From an uncultured Gemmatimonadales bacterium (GTDB lineage: Bacteria; Gemmatimonadota; Gemmatimonadetes; Gemmatimonadales; Gemmatimonadaceae), in NCBI GenBank assembly GCA_963850905.1, contig CAWKMU010000003.1:1152001-1216000 (forward strand): DNA of 64,000 nucleotides, in the 5' to 3' direction. The position numbers were made by a program, and so were the translations under genes. The notes under the pieces were generated by a model. It was given only the letters and a program-made list of their open reading frames with translations, did no database searches and was not told where the DNA came from. Of the stretch, positions 55,355 through 64,000 are shown piece by piece; position 1 is the stretch's first letter; each line of letters begins with the position of its first letter.

Positions 55355-56152
55355 TCAATCGCACGCCACCTGATCGTGCGAGGCTTTGTGCCGCTCCGCC
55401 GTCGTGGCGGGAAGTGTCGAGTCGGGAAGAGTGCCGTGCCAATAGACACACGTCCGGCCCGGGAACTGGGCGAAGGATGCTCGTGCAGCCCAGCCGGTCG
55501 ACGTCGCCGCCGAAATGACTACCGTGACGTCGCGATCCCAAATGAATGGATCGAGTGCGTCGATGTTGGTGGTGAAGCGTCGGTGAAATGCGTAGAACCG
55601 CGACTCGCTTTGCGTCAGCTTGTGCAGGGCGTACGTCATGTACGAGCGGCCCGCGGCCGCCCATTCGCCCTTGGTGGTGTATCCATCGCCATCGCATGAG
55701 ACTTCGGCCTCGGGATACACCTTGTGCTCGAGGTCCGTCGTCGGACGCTCGGCGGGCGAGATCTCCCCGACCCAGATCACACAGCTGTGTGGGAGTCCAA
55801 GCCCGTCGCTGTACGCTGCACGCGCGCTCCATCCGTCCGGTCGGGCGCGCGTGATCTGCACGTTGACGCCCGGCGTTGGGTGGAACATCGAGAGATAGGA
55901 CACGTCGGCCGCGTAGGTTCGTCGCGCCCGCCAATAGGTTTCCTGGTCGACGATCAGCTCTCGCAGCTCGCCGCGCACGGAGTACATGGCCTGGTGGCTA
56001 TGAACGTCTTCAATCTCGGCCGAGATGAGCGCCGGCTGCGATGTACCAACTGGTTGCGCGACGGTGCGCGCTTGGGCGCCGATCGAGCTCGGTGCAACGC
56101 ACAGCGCTGCGCCGGCCGCGAAGAGGGCCACCCCGGTGTGGGCTGTGTTCAT
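55355..56152 (-). CDS. Secreted protein with two tandem type-IV-pilin-head-like repeats
   Basis: Sec-type signal peptide, then two repeats: helix (ELRELIVDQETYW / ALHKLTQSESRFY), V.V.I..A...GW.ARA, and C.+W.G...P.T. Confidence 0.65.
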   Translation of the reverse strand: MNTAHTGVALFAAGAALCVAPSSIGAQARTVAQPVGTSQPALISAEIEDVHSHQAMYSVRGELRELIVDQETYWRARRTYAADVSYLSMFHPTPGVNVQITRARPDGWSARAAYSDGLGLPHSCVIWVGEISPAERPTTDLEHKVYPEAEVSCDGDGYTTKGEWAAAGRSYMTYALHKLTQSESRFYAFHRRFTTNIDALDPFIWDRDVTVVISAATSTGWAARASFAQFPGRTCVYWHGTLPDSTLPATTAERHKASHDQVACD

Positions 56153-56346
56153 ACTGAAGAGATTGCTCGTCGAGGGCTCGGGTAACAGCACCGACCGACG
56201 ATCGCGCAATAGATGTCACGCGGATTGCGCGCACAATGGATCTTTGGGCCCACACAGTGTGACAGTTCGGGCGTGGAATGTGACAGGCTGGAACTGCGGG
56301 GTCACGGGCCATCGGTCGGGAACAGCGGCGACGACCTGCAACGACC

Positions 56347-56487
56347 GGGCGGGCTGAAGCCCGCCCCTACATGTCGCTACGGACGCCTCTCGACTCTCAA
56401 TTCGTCGACGCGCGAACGAAATGTCGGTAGAGCGCTTTGGAGTCTGTCGGTGCACGCCGACATGTAGGGGCGGCCTTCAGGCCGCCC
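56347..56487. repeat. GTAG REP doublet copy 3 (opposite orientation to copies 1 and 2)
   Basis: GGGCGGGCTGAAGCCCGCCC-CTAC, 93-bp spacer, GTAG-GGGCGGCCTTCAGGCCGCCC. Spacer and flank align with copy 1. Confidence 0.9.
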
Positions 56488-56564
56488 GCCGTCGGACCCG
56501 GTCACTGCCCGGTCGTCGTTCCCCAGCCCCTGGCCCCTAATCCCGCCGTCGGTCCCTAACGCAC

Positions 56565-57557
56565 TTAGCCGGCCTCTACCAGATCCCTCGGCTTATTCCC
56601 CGCAAAGAACGCGGTCAAATTCGAGAGGGCCCGGTCGCCCATGGCGACGCGGGACTCGACCGTTGCGCTTCCGAGGTGGGGAAGGAGCACCACATTGGGA
56701 AGGTCGAGGAGGGACGGCGGGACTGTTGGCTCATTCTCGAACACGTCCAGTCCCGCTGCTGCGATCGTTCCGGCCCGCAGTGCCGCGACCAACGCGTCGG
56801 TGTCGACAATGTCGCCACGTGCGGTGTTGATGAGTAACGCGTGGCGGGGCATGCGCGCGAGCCGCTCGGCGTTGATGAAATGTCGGTTCTCCGGGCTCGC
56901 GGGCATATGCAGCGAAACCATATCGCTTTCCGCGAGGACGGCTTCGGCCGACGCCCGCGGGGACGCGCCGAGCGCTTTAGCCTCCCCGATCGGCACCGGA
57001 GGGTCGAAGTAGATGACGCGCATGCCGAACCCGTCGTGCGCGCGACGGGCTACCGCTCGGCCAATGCGTCCGAGGCCGATAATCCCCAGTGTCTTGCCCG
57101 TGACACGCGTGCCCAGTAGATGCGTTGGCCGCCAGCCCGTCCACTGTCCGGCGCGGAGCTCGCGCGCACCTTCCGATAGTCGACGCGCGGTCATCAGCAG
57201 CAAAGCCATCGTTAGATCAGCGGTGTCGTCCGTGAGCACGTCTGGCGTGTTCGTCACGACAATCCCCAACCGCGAGGCGGTCTCGAGATCGATGTTGTTG
57301 TACCCGACCCCGTAGTTGGCGATGATCTTGAGCCGCCGCGGGCTCGTGTTGAGAGTCGCGGCGGTCACCGGATCGCTGACCGTCGGCACCAGGGCGTCCG
57401 CGGTGCGCACCGCGTCTGCGAGTTGATCGGCAGTCAGCGGCGTATCGTTGGTATTGAGGCGGACATCAAAGAGCTCGGCCGCTCGCCGCTCCACAGCCGC
57501 GGGCAGCCGCCGAGTCATGACGACAACGGGACGCGTCGGATCAGTCGCCGGTGACAA
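56565..57557 (-). CDS. D-2-hydroxyacid dehydrogenase (glyoxylate/hydroxypyruvate reductase, D-glycerate dehydrogenase-like)
   Basis: ANYGVGYNNID, TNTPDVLT, GLGRIG, INTARG, GLDVFENEP, PHLGSAT. Confidence 0.92.
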   Translation of the reverse strand: MSPATDPTRPVVVMTRRLPAAVERRAAELFDVRLNTNDTPLTADQLADAVRTADALVPTVSDPVTAATLNTSPRRLKIIANYGVGYNNIDLETASRLGIVVTNTPDVLTDDTADLTMALLLMTARRLSEGARELRAGQWTGWRPTHLLGTRVTGKTLGIIGLGRIGRAVARRAHDGFGMRVIYFDPPVPIGEAKALGASPRASAEAVLAESDMVSLHMPASPENRHFINAERLARMPRHALLINTARGDIVDTDALVAALRAGTIAAAGLDVFENEPTVPPSLLDLPNVVLLPHLGSATVESRVAMGDRALSNLTAFFAGNKPRDLVEAG

Positions 57558-58512
57558 GGCTCAGCGGTGGATTGCGTCGGGCCTGAATCTTGTCTGCCGC
57601 GGCCACGATATTGTGCGCGAGTCGGGTAGACGCCGCATCGATCATCTTGCCATCCAGCTGCGCCGCCCCGCGGCCAGCCGCACTGGCTTCGTCCATGGCG
57701 CGCAGAATCCTGCGCGCGCGATCGATCTCCTCGCGGGTGGGGGTGAATACCTCATTCGCGAGCGGGATTTGCGACGGATGGATCGCCCATTTGCCCTCCA
57801 CGCCGAGTGCTGCGGCCCGCCGCGCCGCGGCCGTGAACCCTTCGCCGTCAGCGAAGTCCCCGTAGGGTCCATCGATCGGGCGAAGTCCATACGCTCGGCA
57901 GGTGACGGTGACTTGGGCGAGGGCGGCGTGCCACGGATCGCCGGGGTAGTCGGGAGTCATGCCACCGATATTCGTAGTTCGCGCCCGCACACTGGCGGCA
58001 AAGTCGGCGACACCAAAATGGAGCGACTCGAGTCGGCGGCTGGATTGGGCAATCGAGTCGATATTCACCATCCCGAGAGCGGTTTCGATCAGCACCTCAA
58101 TGCCAATCCGGTGCCGCACGCCGCGCGCTTCCTCCATCTGGGTGAGCAGGACGTCGACCAGATACACGTCGTCGGGCCTGCCGACCTTGGGGATGATCAC
58201 GGTGTCCAGGTACTCGCCCGCGTCTTCGACGATATCGATGAGGTCGCGGTACATGAAAGGGGTGTCCAACCCGTTGACCCGAACCGAGATCGTCTTGCCC
58301 CGATCGCGCCACGGATGATCGCGCAATCCCTTCGCTGCCTGGGCCCGCGCGACCTCCTTCTCGGCGGGGGGAACCGAGTCTTCGAGGTCGAGGAACACGC
58401 AATCGGCATCGCTGTGGAGCGCCTTGGTAAACAGATCGGGCCGCGACGCGGGGACCGATAACACGCTGCGTTGCAATCGACGCGCTGGTCCCTCGGCACC
58501 CGGCTCGCTCAT
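57541..58512 (-). CDS. Malyl-CoA/beta-methylmalyl-CoA lyase-like (CitE/HpcH family)
   Basis: RLQRSVLSVP, FLDLEDSV, SVRVNGLDTPFMYRD, LIETALG, LHFGVADFAAS, CRAYGLRPIDGPYGDF, EGKWAIHPSQI. Confidence 0.85.
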   Translation of the reverse strand: MSEPGAEGPARRLQRSVLSVPASRPDLFTKALHSDADCVFLDLEDSVPPAEKEVARAQAAKGLRDHPWRDRGKTISVRVNGLDTPFMYRDLIDIVEDAGEYLDTVIIPKVGRPDDVYLVDVLLTQMEEARGVRHRIGIEVLIETALGMVNIDSIAQSSRRLESLHFGVADFAASVRARTTNIGGMTPDYPGDPWHAALAQVTVTCRAYGLRPIDGPYGDFADGEGFTAAARRAAALGVEGKWAIHPSQIPLANEVFTPTREEIDRARRILRAMDEASAAGRGAAQLDGKMIDAASTRLAHNIVAAADKIQARRNPPLSLVTGD

Positions 58513-58642
58513 CGACTGGGACCCGTTTCCGCCGCCCGCATGCCGCATGCGCAGATCCCCTGTGGGTCCAGACCCGCCTTTCGATGCAATACCAAAGGGG
58601 GGCGGGCAAGCGCGCACGCCCGGTCCCCGCGTGCGCTCTTTG

Positions 58643-58834
58643 TCAGCGGACGAGCGCCTCGACCTCCGCCGCCTTACACCTGTTTTCGTGATCTGGATAG
58701 GCATGGCCGCAATGAATGCACTGCTCGCCGAAGCCTGTCCGCTTCCATACCAGGTAATACACTGCACGTTGGAGCGCGGCAATCCGCTCGTTGACCTGAC
58801 GGGCGTCCGCGTCTGTGTTCGATGATGAAGGCAT
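58643..58834 (-). CDS. Small hypothetical protein (63 aa) with CxxC-H-C putative Zn site
   Basis: Fills an intergenic gap on the same strand as its neighbours; CIHCGHAYPDHENRC; TATTTT-N6-ATG upstream. Confidence 0.55.
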   Translation of the reverse strand: MPSSSNTDADARQVNERIAALQRAVYYLVWKRTGFGEQCIHCGHAYPDHENRCKAAEVEALVR

Positions 58835-58917
58835 GGGGGGAAAATACAGGGGTCAGAGGGCGGGCGCTAATCGCGCCCGAGATGAGGAGACAGGGGAAAG
58901 GGGAAAGGAGACGGGCA

Positions 58918-61398
58918 CTAATCCCTGCCGCCTAAAACCTGTAATTCCGCCATCGATGCTCGACGGGGTGCGGGCTCAGGCACGTTCGGTCCTTTAATCG
59001 TCCGCCACAGGATGTGGTTGAACAACGCCTCGTCCGCCCGATCGGCGTCGCTCAGGTCCAGCGACGCGGACTCGCGGGCTTCGGCGCCGGTCGCGGGGTT
59101 GCGCTCGTTGAGATCGATTTGCGGTGTCAGAGCAACGAACGGTTGCAGATCGGGCTTCGTCCCAAACGCATCGCGCAGCGGGCGGCCGAAATAGTCGTAC
59201 GGCGAGAGCGCGCTCAGCCCGAGGATCTCCTCGATCGTTGCCAGCACGTCGGTGGTATTGGCGAATCGATGGATCACTCCGCCGCGGCTGTACGCCGAGA
59301 CCGCGAGGAATGGCGACCGATGCGAGTCAACGTGGTCGGCGCCGTTCTGCGCATCGTCCTCGAGAACGAACACGACACTCGACGGCCAGAAAGGCGACTT
59401 TGACAGCGCCTCGATCATGCGGCCGAGGGCCAGATCGTTGTCGGCGACATAGGCGCGAGGGGTCCGAGCGCCGGCTTGCGCGCCGGCAGTGTGGTCGTTC
59501 CCCAAGTGCACGACCTCCAGCGCCGGCATCGATCCTTGCTGGCTGAACTGCTGCAATTCGGCGATCCACGCGTCGGCCCGACGCTGGTCCCGGACGTGCA
59601 GGTCGAACCCTGCAAACGCAGTGGCCGTGCGGGTCGCAAGCGCTGCCTTCGTCGGGATGGCGGGGGCTGGCAGCGTGTCGTTCACGGAACGGTTGCGCGG
59701 TTCGACGACGAACTCGCCATAGTCGCGCACCACGAGACCCTTTCGAATGGCCAGGTCCCAGATGTATCCCGCGGATGGTGCGGCGACGTCGTCGCCGTCG
59801 GGCGGTAGCGAATCGCGATTTGTCCCTTCGAAGTCATACGTGCGGCCGCGGCGCGAATACTGGGAGGGGACTGTCTTCTCGACGTAGTCCGTCGCGTAAG
59901 CGGCCGTCGACCAGTTGTGGCCATCGCCACTGACTTCCGCGTTCACGAAGAAGCGGTCCCAGAGTCCGAAGCGCTCCGCGAGTGCGTGATGGTTTGGCGA
60001 GACGGCTCGGGGGAAAAACACCAACGCGGTGTCCCCGTCTCCCCTGGGCATGTCACCAAAGACCTGGTCGTACGTCCGGTTCTCCTTGATGACGTAGACC
60101 ACGTGCTCGAAGGGCGGATACAACGACCGCGGGTTGGCCGGTGGCGCTGGGCCATCCCAGCCGTTGAGGTGCGCGACGCGTGCTGTGTACGATGCGAGCT
60201 CTGCGAGTGCCGAGGGTGGGATGACCGTCAGAGTACCGGCGATCTGGCCCAGGGTATAGCCCTGAGGATTCGTGGGCTGCCCCGGGCGCGGACCCAACTG
60301 GGCGTTCGGCCCTGTGCCGCGACCCTTCCCGTTGATGGCCAGAAGCGTATCGCCGCGAGTCGCGAGGACCGCCGAGGGGTACCACCCGACCGGGATGCGG
60401 CCGACCGGGACCGCACCGCCAGGAGGTGTGCGTCCACCCAGGCGGAACACGGCGATCGCGTTGTTGTCGGCCTCGGCTACGAACAGACGGTTGCCATCCG
60501 CCGACATTGCGAGCCCGTCCGGCGTGCTGCCCTCGCGCGTTGGTGATGCCGGCGCATCGCTCAGCCAGGCGATGACCGATCGTGCCCGGGTATCGATTAC
60601 GTCGATGCGATCCGTGCTCGCCGAGGCCACGAAAAGGCGACTCTGATCGGGCGAGAACACGAGCGCAGAGGGGTGACGCGAAACGCGAATCCGGCCAGCT
60701 CCAACGAGCGTGTCGCCGCTCCCGGGGCCAAACACGGAGACGGTGGTTCCACCCCACGCTGACACGTAGACCGTGCCGTCACGAGACACGGCGATTCCGT
60801 AGGGATATCGCTCCGTTGCGAGGCGTTGCACCACGCGCCCCGTGGCCAGATCCACCACGGCGAGTGCATCGCCCAGGTTTTCTGCGACGTAGAGCGTCCG
60901 CCCGCTAGGCGACAGCGCAATGCCGGCCGGGTACCGAGTGCCCGAACTGTGTGCCGGCTTCTCCGCGAGCACGACGCTATCGGCAAGGGCGGCGCGCCCC
61001 TCGCTCCATGTGTAGCGGTACACGACGTCCTGGTTCCCTCCGGATGCGTAGAACGCGCGGCCGTCGGGAGCGAAGACGAGTCCAATGAACGCCGCGGGCT
61101 GACTCAGCGTCTGCAGGACCGCGCCGCTCGAACGATCGATTACCTGTACCCCCTGCTCGCGCCATCCGTCGAGCAGCAGGACAACACGCGTGCTGTCGGG
61201 TGACAACACCGCCGCCAACGGGAAATTCCCGACGTCGTACGAACGCCCTGCGGGATCGAGCCGAACCCCGGTCGGAAGCCGACCGGGAGCGAGCGTCGCG
61301 GTCATCTGCTCGTCGCGCCCCGGTTGGCCGCCATGAGAGCACCCTCCCAGGAGGAGGACAGCGGCGACCAGCGGGACCGAAATTTCACCGAATCGCAT
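58918..61398 (-). CDS. YncE/YVTN beta-propeller + phosphoesterase (alkaline phosphatase-like) lipoprotein
   Basis: Lipobox LGGC, propeller repeats, HVVYVIKENRTYDQVFGD, AEVSGDGHNW, NDHT, EDDAQNGADHVDSHR. Confidence 0.9.
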   Translation of the reverse strand: MRFGEISVPLVAAVLLLGGCSHGGQPGRDEQMTATLAPGRLPTGVRLDPAGRSYDVGNFPLAAVLSPDSTRVVLLLDGWREQGVQVIDRSSGAVLQTLSQPAAFIGLVFAPDGRAFYASGGNQDVVYRYTWSEGRAALADSVVLAEKPAHSSGTRYPAGIALSPSGRTLYVAENLGDALAVVDLATGRVVQRLATERYPYGIAVSRDGTVYVSAWGGTTVSVFGPGSGDTLVGAGRIRVSRHPSALVFSPDQSRLFVASASTDRIDVIDTRARSVIAWLSDAPASPTREGSTPDGLAMSADGNRLFVAEADNNAIAVFRLGGRTPPGGAVPVGRIPVGWYPSAVLATRGDTLLAINGKGRGTGPNAQLGPRPGQPTNPQGYTLGQIAGTLTVIPPSALAELASYTARVAHLNGWDGPAPPANPRSLYPPFEHVVYVIKENRTYDQVFGDMPRGDGDTALVFFPRAVSPNHHALAERFGLWDRFFVNAEVSGDGHNWSTAAYATDYVEKTVPSQYSRRGRTYDFEGTNRDSLPPDGDDVAAPSAGYIWDLAIRKGLVVRDYGEFVVEPRNRSVNDTLPAPAIPTKAALATRTATAFAGFDLHVRDQRRADAWIAELQQFSQQGSMPALEVVHLGNDHTAGAQAGARTPRAYVADNDLALGRMIEALSKSPFWPSSVVFVLEDDAQNGADHVDSHRSPFLAVSAYSRGGVIHRFANTTDVLATIEEILGLSALSPYDYFGRPLRDAFGTKPDLQPFVALTPQIDLNERNPATGAEARESASLDLSDADRADEALFNHILWRTIKGPNVPEPAPRRASMAELQVLGGRD

Positions 61399-61535
61399 GG
61401 GACAGGGGGCAGAAGGGGGCCATGGCTCCCGGTGTGTGCAAGGCGGCGGCCGGCTGGCGTCTCCCCAACGTAAGCAATGCGGCGGGGCCGTGGAGTCTTG
61501 TACGGCCATCTGCCGTCAACGCCAGGAGAAACGAT

Positions 61536-64000
61536 ATGCGTCCGCCTCGTGTCCGGCTAATCAGCGCTGTCATTTGTTGCACGGTCGTTGCCGCCGCGCC
61601 GCGCGCGGCGAGGTCGCAGGGGATGGTCGTGGTCCGACCCCCTGTCTGCCAACCGGCGCCGTGTACACAGAACGTTCCCTGCGTCATGCCTCGGTGCGTC
61701 CTGCCAATCCGGCCCGAGGTGGTCCGGAGCTCGAGTCACGTCCGCGCCGAGCTCGTCGACCACGTGCTGCGATACGAGGTCACCGAGACATTCGTCAATC
61801 GGGGCGTGCGCCTCGGCGAGGCCGACTATCTGTTTCCCCTGCCCGCGGGCGCAGCCTTCCAGGATCTCAAGCTGTCGATCAACGGCGAGCTCGTCGCCGG
61901 CGAGGTGCTCAATGCGCCACAAGCCCGGGGCATCTACGAAGAGATTGTGCGTCGCCAGCGAGACCCCGCGCTCGTGGAATGGATGGGGATGGGGCTGCTG
62001 CGCGCTCGGATTTTCCCTATCCAGGCTGGCGAAGAAAAGACCGTGGTCGTGCGATTCCAGACAGTCGCACGCCGCGAGGGTGACGCGCTCCGGATCGACT
62101 ACACGCGCCCGAGCTCGGGCTGTCAGCCGGGTCAAATGCCCTGCCAGCCCGTACTGCCGATCAGTGGGGGTATGGCGCGCTCAGGTGGCGGCTCAGACGA
62201 GCACGGCGGCGAGGACCGCAATGGGTTCACGCTCACCTACCGATCGTCGGATGGATTCGGTACACCCTATTCGCCGACCCACTCGCTCGCGACGGAGCGC
62301 GACGGCGACCTGCGCACCGTGCGCATCGAAGGTGATGCCTCGGACATCACGATTCTCCTTCCGATTCCGCACTCGACGGCGGCCGCGGTCAGCATGCTTC
62401 CCTTCGCACCGGGCGATGGTCCGGGCTTCGCGCTCATTACGGTTTCGCCGCCGGTCGTGCACGTAACTCCGACGCCACGCGACGTGACGTTTGTGCTCGA
62501 CGTCTCGGGCTCGATGTCGGGACGCAAGATCGAGCAGGCGCGTGCAGCAGGTCGCGATCTGCTCGCGACGTTGACGCCGCGAGACCGCTTCCGGCTCATC
62601 GACTTCTCGACGGACGTTCGTACCTTCCGCGACGAATACGAAACGGCCACGCCGGAACACGTTCGGGAGGCGGAGCAGTATCTCGATCAGCTCGAAGCGT
62701 ACGGATCTACCAACATCGAAGGCGCGTTGCGGCGCGCGCTCGAGCACCCGGTCGATGATCGTGAGCCTCATGAGTCCGATGGCGCGGAGCACCTGCCCAT
62801 CGTGTTGTTCATGACGGATGGAGAGCCGACGATCGGCGAGCAGTCACCGGACGCGTTGGTTGCGCAGGCATCGCGCGAGCTGGGTCACGCTCGACTGTTC
62901 ACCTTTGGCCTCGGCGCCGACGTGAACACTTCGTTGCTCGAGCAACTGGCGCTGCAAGGGCGTGGCACTGCGCAGTTCGTGCGACCGGACGAGTCGGTGG
63001 AGCGCGCCGTCTCCATCGTGGCTCACCGGTTGGCCGATCCGGTGATCACCGACGTGGCACTCCACGCCGACGGCGTGCGTCTCACGGAAATGCTTCCGGA
63101 GGAGATGGTTGATCTGTTCGCCGGCCAGGACCTGGTGTTGCTGGCGCGGTATCAGGGCAGTGGCCCGGCACATTTGCGATTCACGGGTCGCACGGCGACG
63201 GGTCCGATCAGCTGGACGTCGGACGTGACGTTCCCCGATCGCGAGCGTGCCAATCCGTTCGTCGCGCGGCTCTGGGCGACTCAGCGGATCGGATTTCTCG
63301 AGGCCGCCCGCCATAAGTCTGGTGCGTCTCCGGAGATCGATGCGGAGCTGCGGTCACTCGGTGAGCGATTCGGGATTCCGACCGAGCTCACGTCGTACCT
63401 CGTCCGCGAGCCCGCCGTGGCCATGACGCCGCAGCCGATGGACGGTACGAGCCGGTTTCGGCAGGACGCGGCGGGCGCGGTTCCACTGGCGGCTCCCGCT
63501 CCGACGATCGAGAACGCCTTGCAAGACCACAAGGGAGATGGGCTCCGGTTAGAGACACAGGTCGTCACCGGCACCGCCACAACCGTGTCGAGCGCAAACG
63601 GAGCGAGTGTAAATGGCTCGCCGACCGCGGCGTTTGCCAGGGCGAAGGCTGCCGCTGCCGAGCGTGCGGCGACGACGCTTGCGGCCGCCGATTCGTCCGC
63701 GACGCTCGCCGTGGGAGCGGATGGGGCCCGACCCAGCGCACTCCAACACGCCGGCGACCGGACGTTCGTGCTGCAGGACAGCGTTTGGAAGGACACGCGG
63801 TATCACGACGGCATGCGGCTCGTGCGGGTCCAGGCCTTCTCGACGGCGTACTTTACGCTGTTGCAGGCCGTGCCGGACCTGCGGTCCGCGCTCGCGATCG
63901 GGGAGCGCGTGATGGTGGCGGGTCGCCAGGTGGCGGTGGAGGTCAGCCCGGTTGGGTTGACGCAGCTGTCGGACTCGGACGTGGCTGCTGTCCAGGCCGC
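61536..64000 (+). CDS. Secreted VIT + vWA domain protein (runs off right edge)
   Basis: AGGAG RBS and ATG at 61536. My translation gives a signal peptide, VIT (EADYLFPLP, ARGIYEEIVRRQRDPALVEW, RIFPI) and vWA MIDAS (FVLDVSGSM, GSTNIEGAL, FMTDGEPT). Absent from the ORF track because there is no stop. Confidence 0.9.
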   Translation, partial: MRPPRVRLISAVICCTVVAAAPRAARSQGMVVVRPPVCQPAPCTQNVPCVMPRCVLPIRPEVVRSSSHVRAELVDHVLRYEVTETFVNRGVRLGEADYLFPLPAGAAFQDLKLSINGELVAGEVLNAPQARGIYEEIVRRQRDPALVEWMGMGLLRARIFPIQAGEEKTVVVRFQTVARREGDALRIDYTRPSSGCQPGQMPCQPVLPISGGMARSGGGSDEHGGEDRNGFTLTYRSSDGFGTPYSPTHSLATERDGDLRTVRIEGDASDITILLPIPHSTAAAVSMLPFAPGDGPGFALITVSPPVVHVTPTPRDVTFVLDVSGSMSGRKIEQARAAGRDLLATLTPRDRFRLIDFSTDVRTFRDEYETATPEHVREAEQYLDQLEAYGSTNIEGALRRALEHPVDDREPHESDGAEHLPIVLFMTDGEPTIGEQSPDALVAQASRELGHARLFTFGLGADVNTSLLEQLALQGRGTAQFVRPDESVERAVSIVAHRLADPVITDVALHADGVRLTEMLPEEMVDLFAGQDLVLLARYQGSGPAHLRFTGRTATGPISWTSDVTFPDRERANPFVARLWATQRIGFLEAARHKSGASPEIDAELRSLGERFGIPTELTSYLVREPAVAMTPQPMDGTSRFRQDAAGAVPLAAPAPTIENALQDHKGDGLRLETQVVTGTATTVSSANGASVNGSPTAAFARAKAAAAERAATTLAAADSSATLAVGADGARPSALQHAGDRTFVLQDSVWKDTRYHDGMRLVRVQAFSTAYFTLLQAVPDLRSALAIGERVMVAGRQVAVEVSPVGLTQLSDSDVAAVQA

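Overview
High-GC bacterial chromosomal window. The style of its lipoproteins, pilin-like proteins and kinase suggests Gemmatimonadota, which is an inference. Left to right it carries a partial surface protein, a fatty-acid desaturase, a YibI/YibH/OMF-type export trio, tRNA-Phe(GAA), two paralogous ~80-aa lipoproteins and a repeat-rich beta-propeller lipoprotein. Next come MarR, ClC-CBS, an Acg-type nitroreductase, a radical-SAM/HhH putative DNA-repair gene, an acyl-CoA dehydrogenase, a PLP aminotransferase, an AhbAB/NirDL-like fusion and a PAS-GGDEF-EAL protein. The centre holds an RND locus with one TolC, one MFP and three tandem MdtB/C-like permeases, then a Ser/Thr kinase and a ~9.3-kb cyclic beta-1,2-glucan synthase. 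The right end has a DMFase-beta-like lipoprotein, transketolase, DUF2339, a tandem pilin-head-like secreted protein, a glyoxylate/hydroxypyruvate reductase beside a malyl-CoA lyase, a beta-propeller phosphoesterase and a partial VIT-vWA protein. Intergenic regions hold GTAG-type REP doublets and heptamer tandem repeats. Many genes have single-base frameshifts, densest at 23-27 kb; these are most likely assembly errors. I saw no CRISPR array, rRNA, integrase or transposase. The best novelty candidates are the three-permease RND pump, the REP/heptamer composite elements, the signal-peptide tandem pilin-head protein, the paired small lipoproteins and an orphan radical-SAM gene with a LexA-like box. 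All family assignments come from motif recognition, not database searches.
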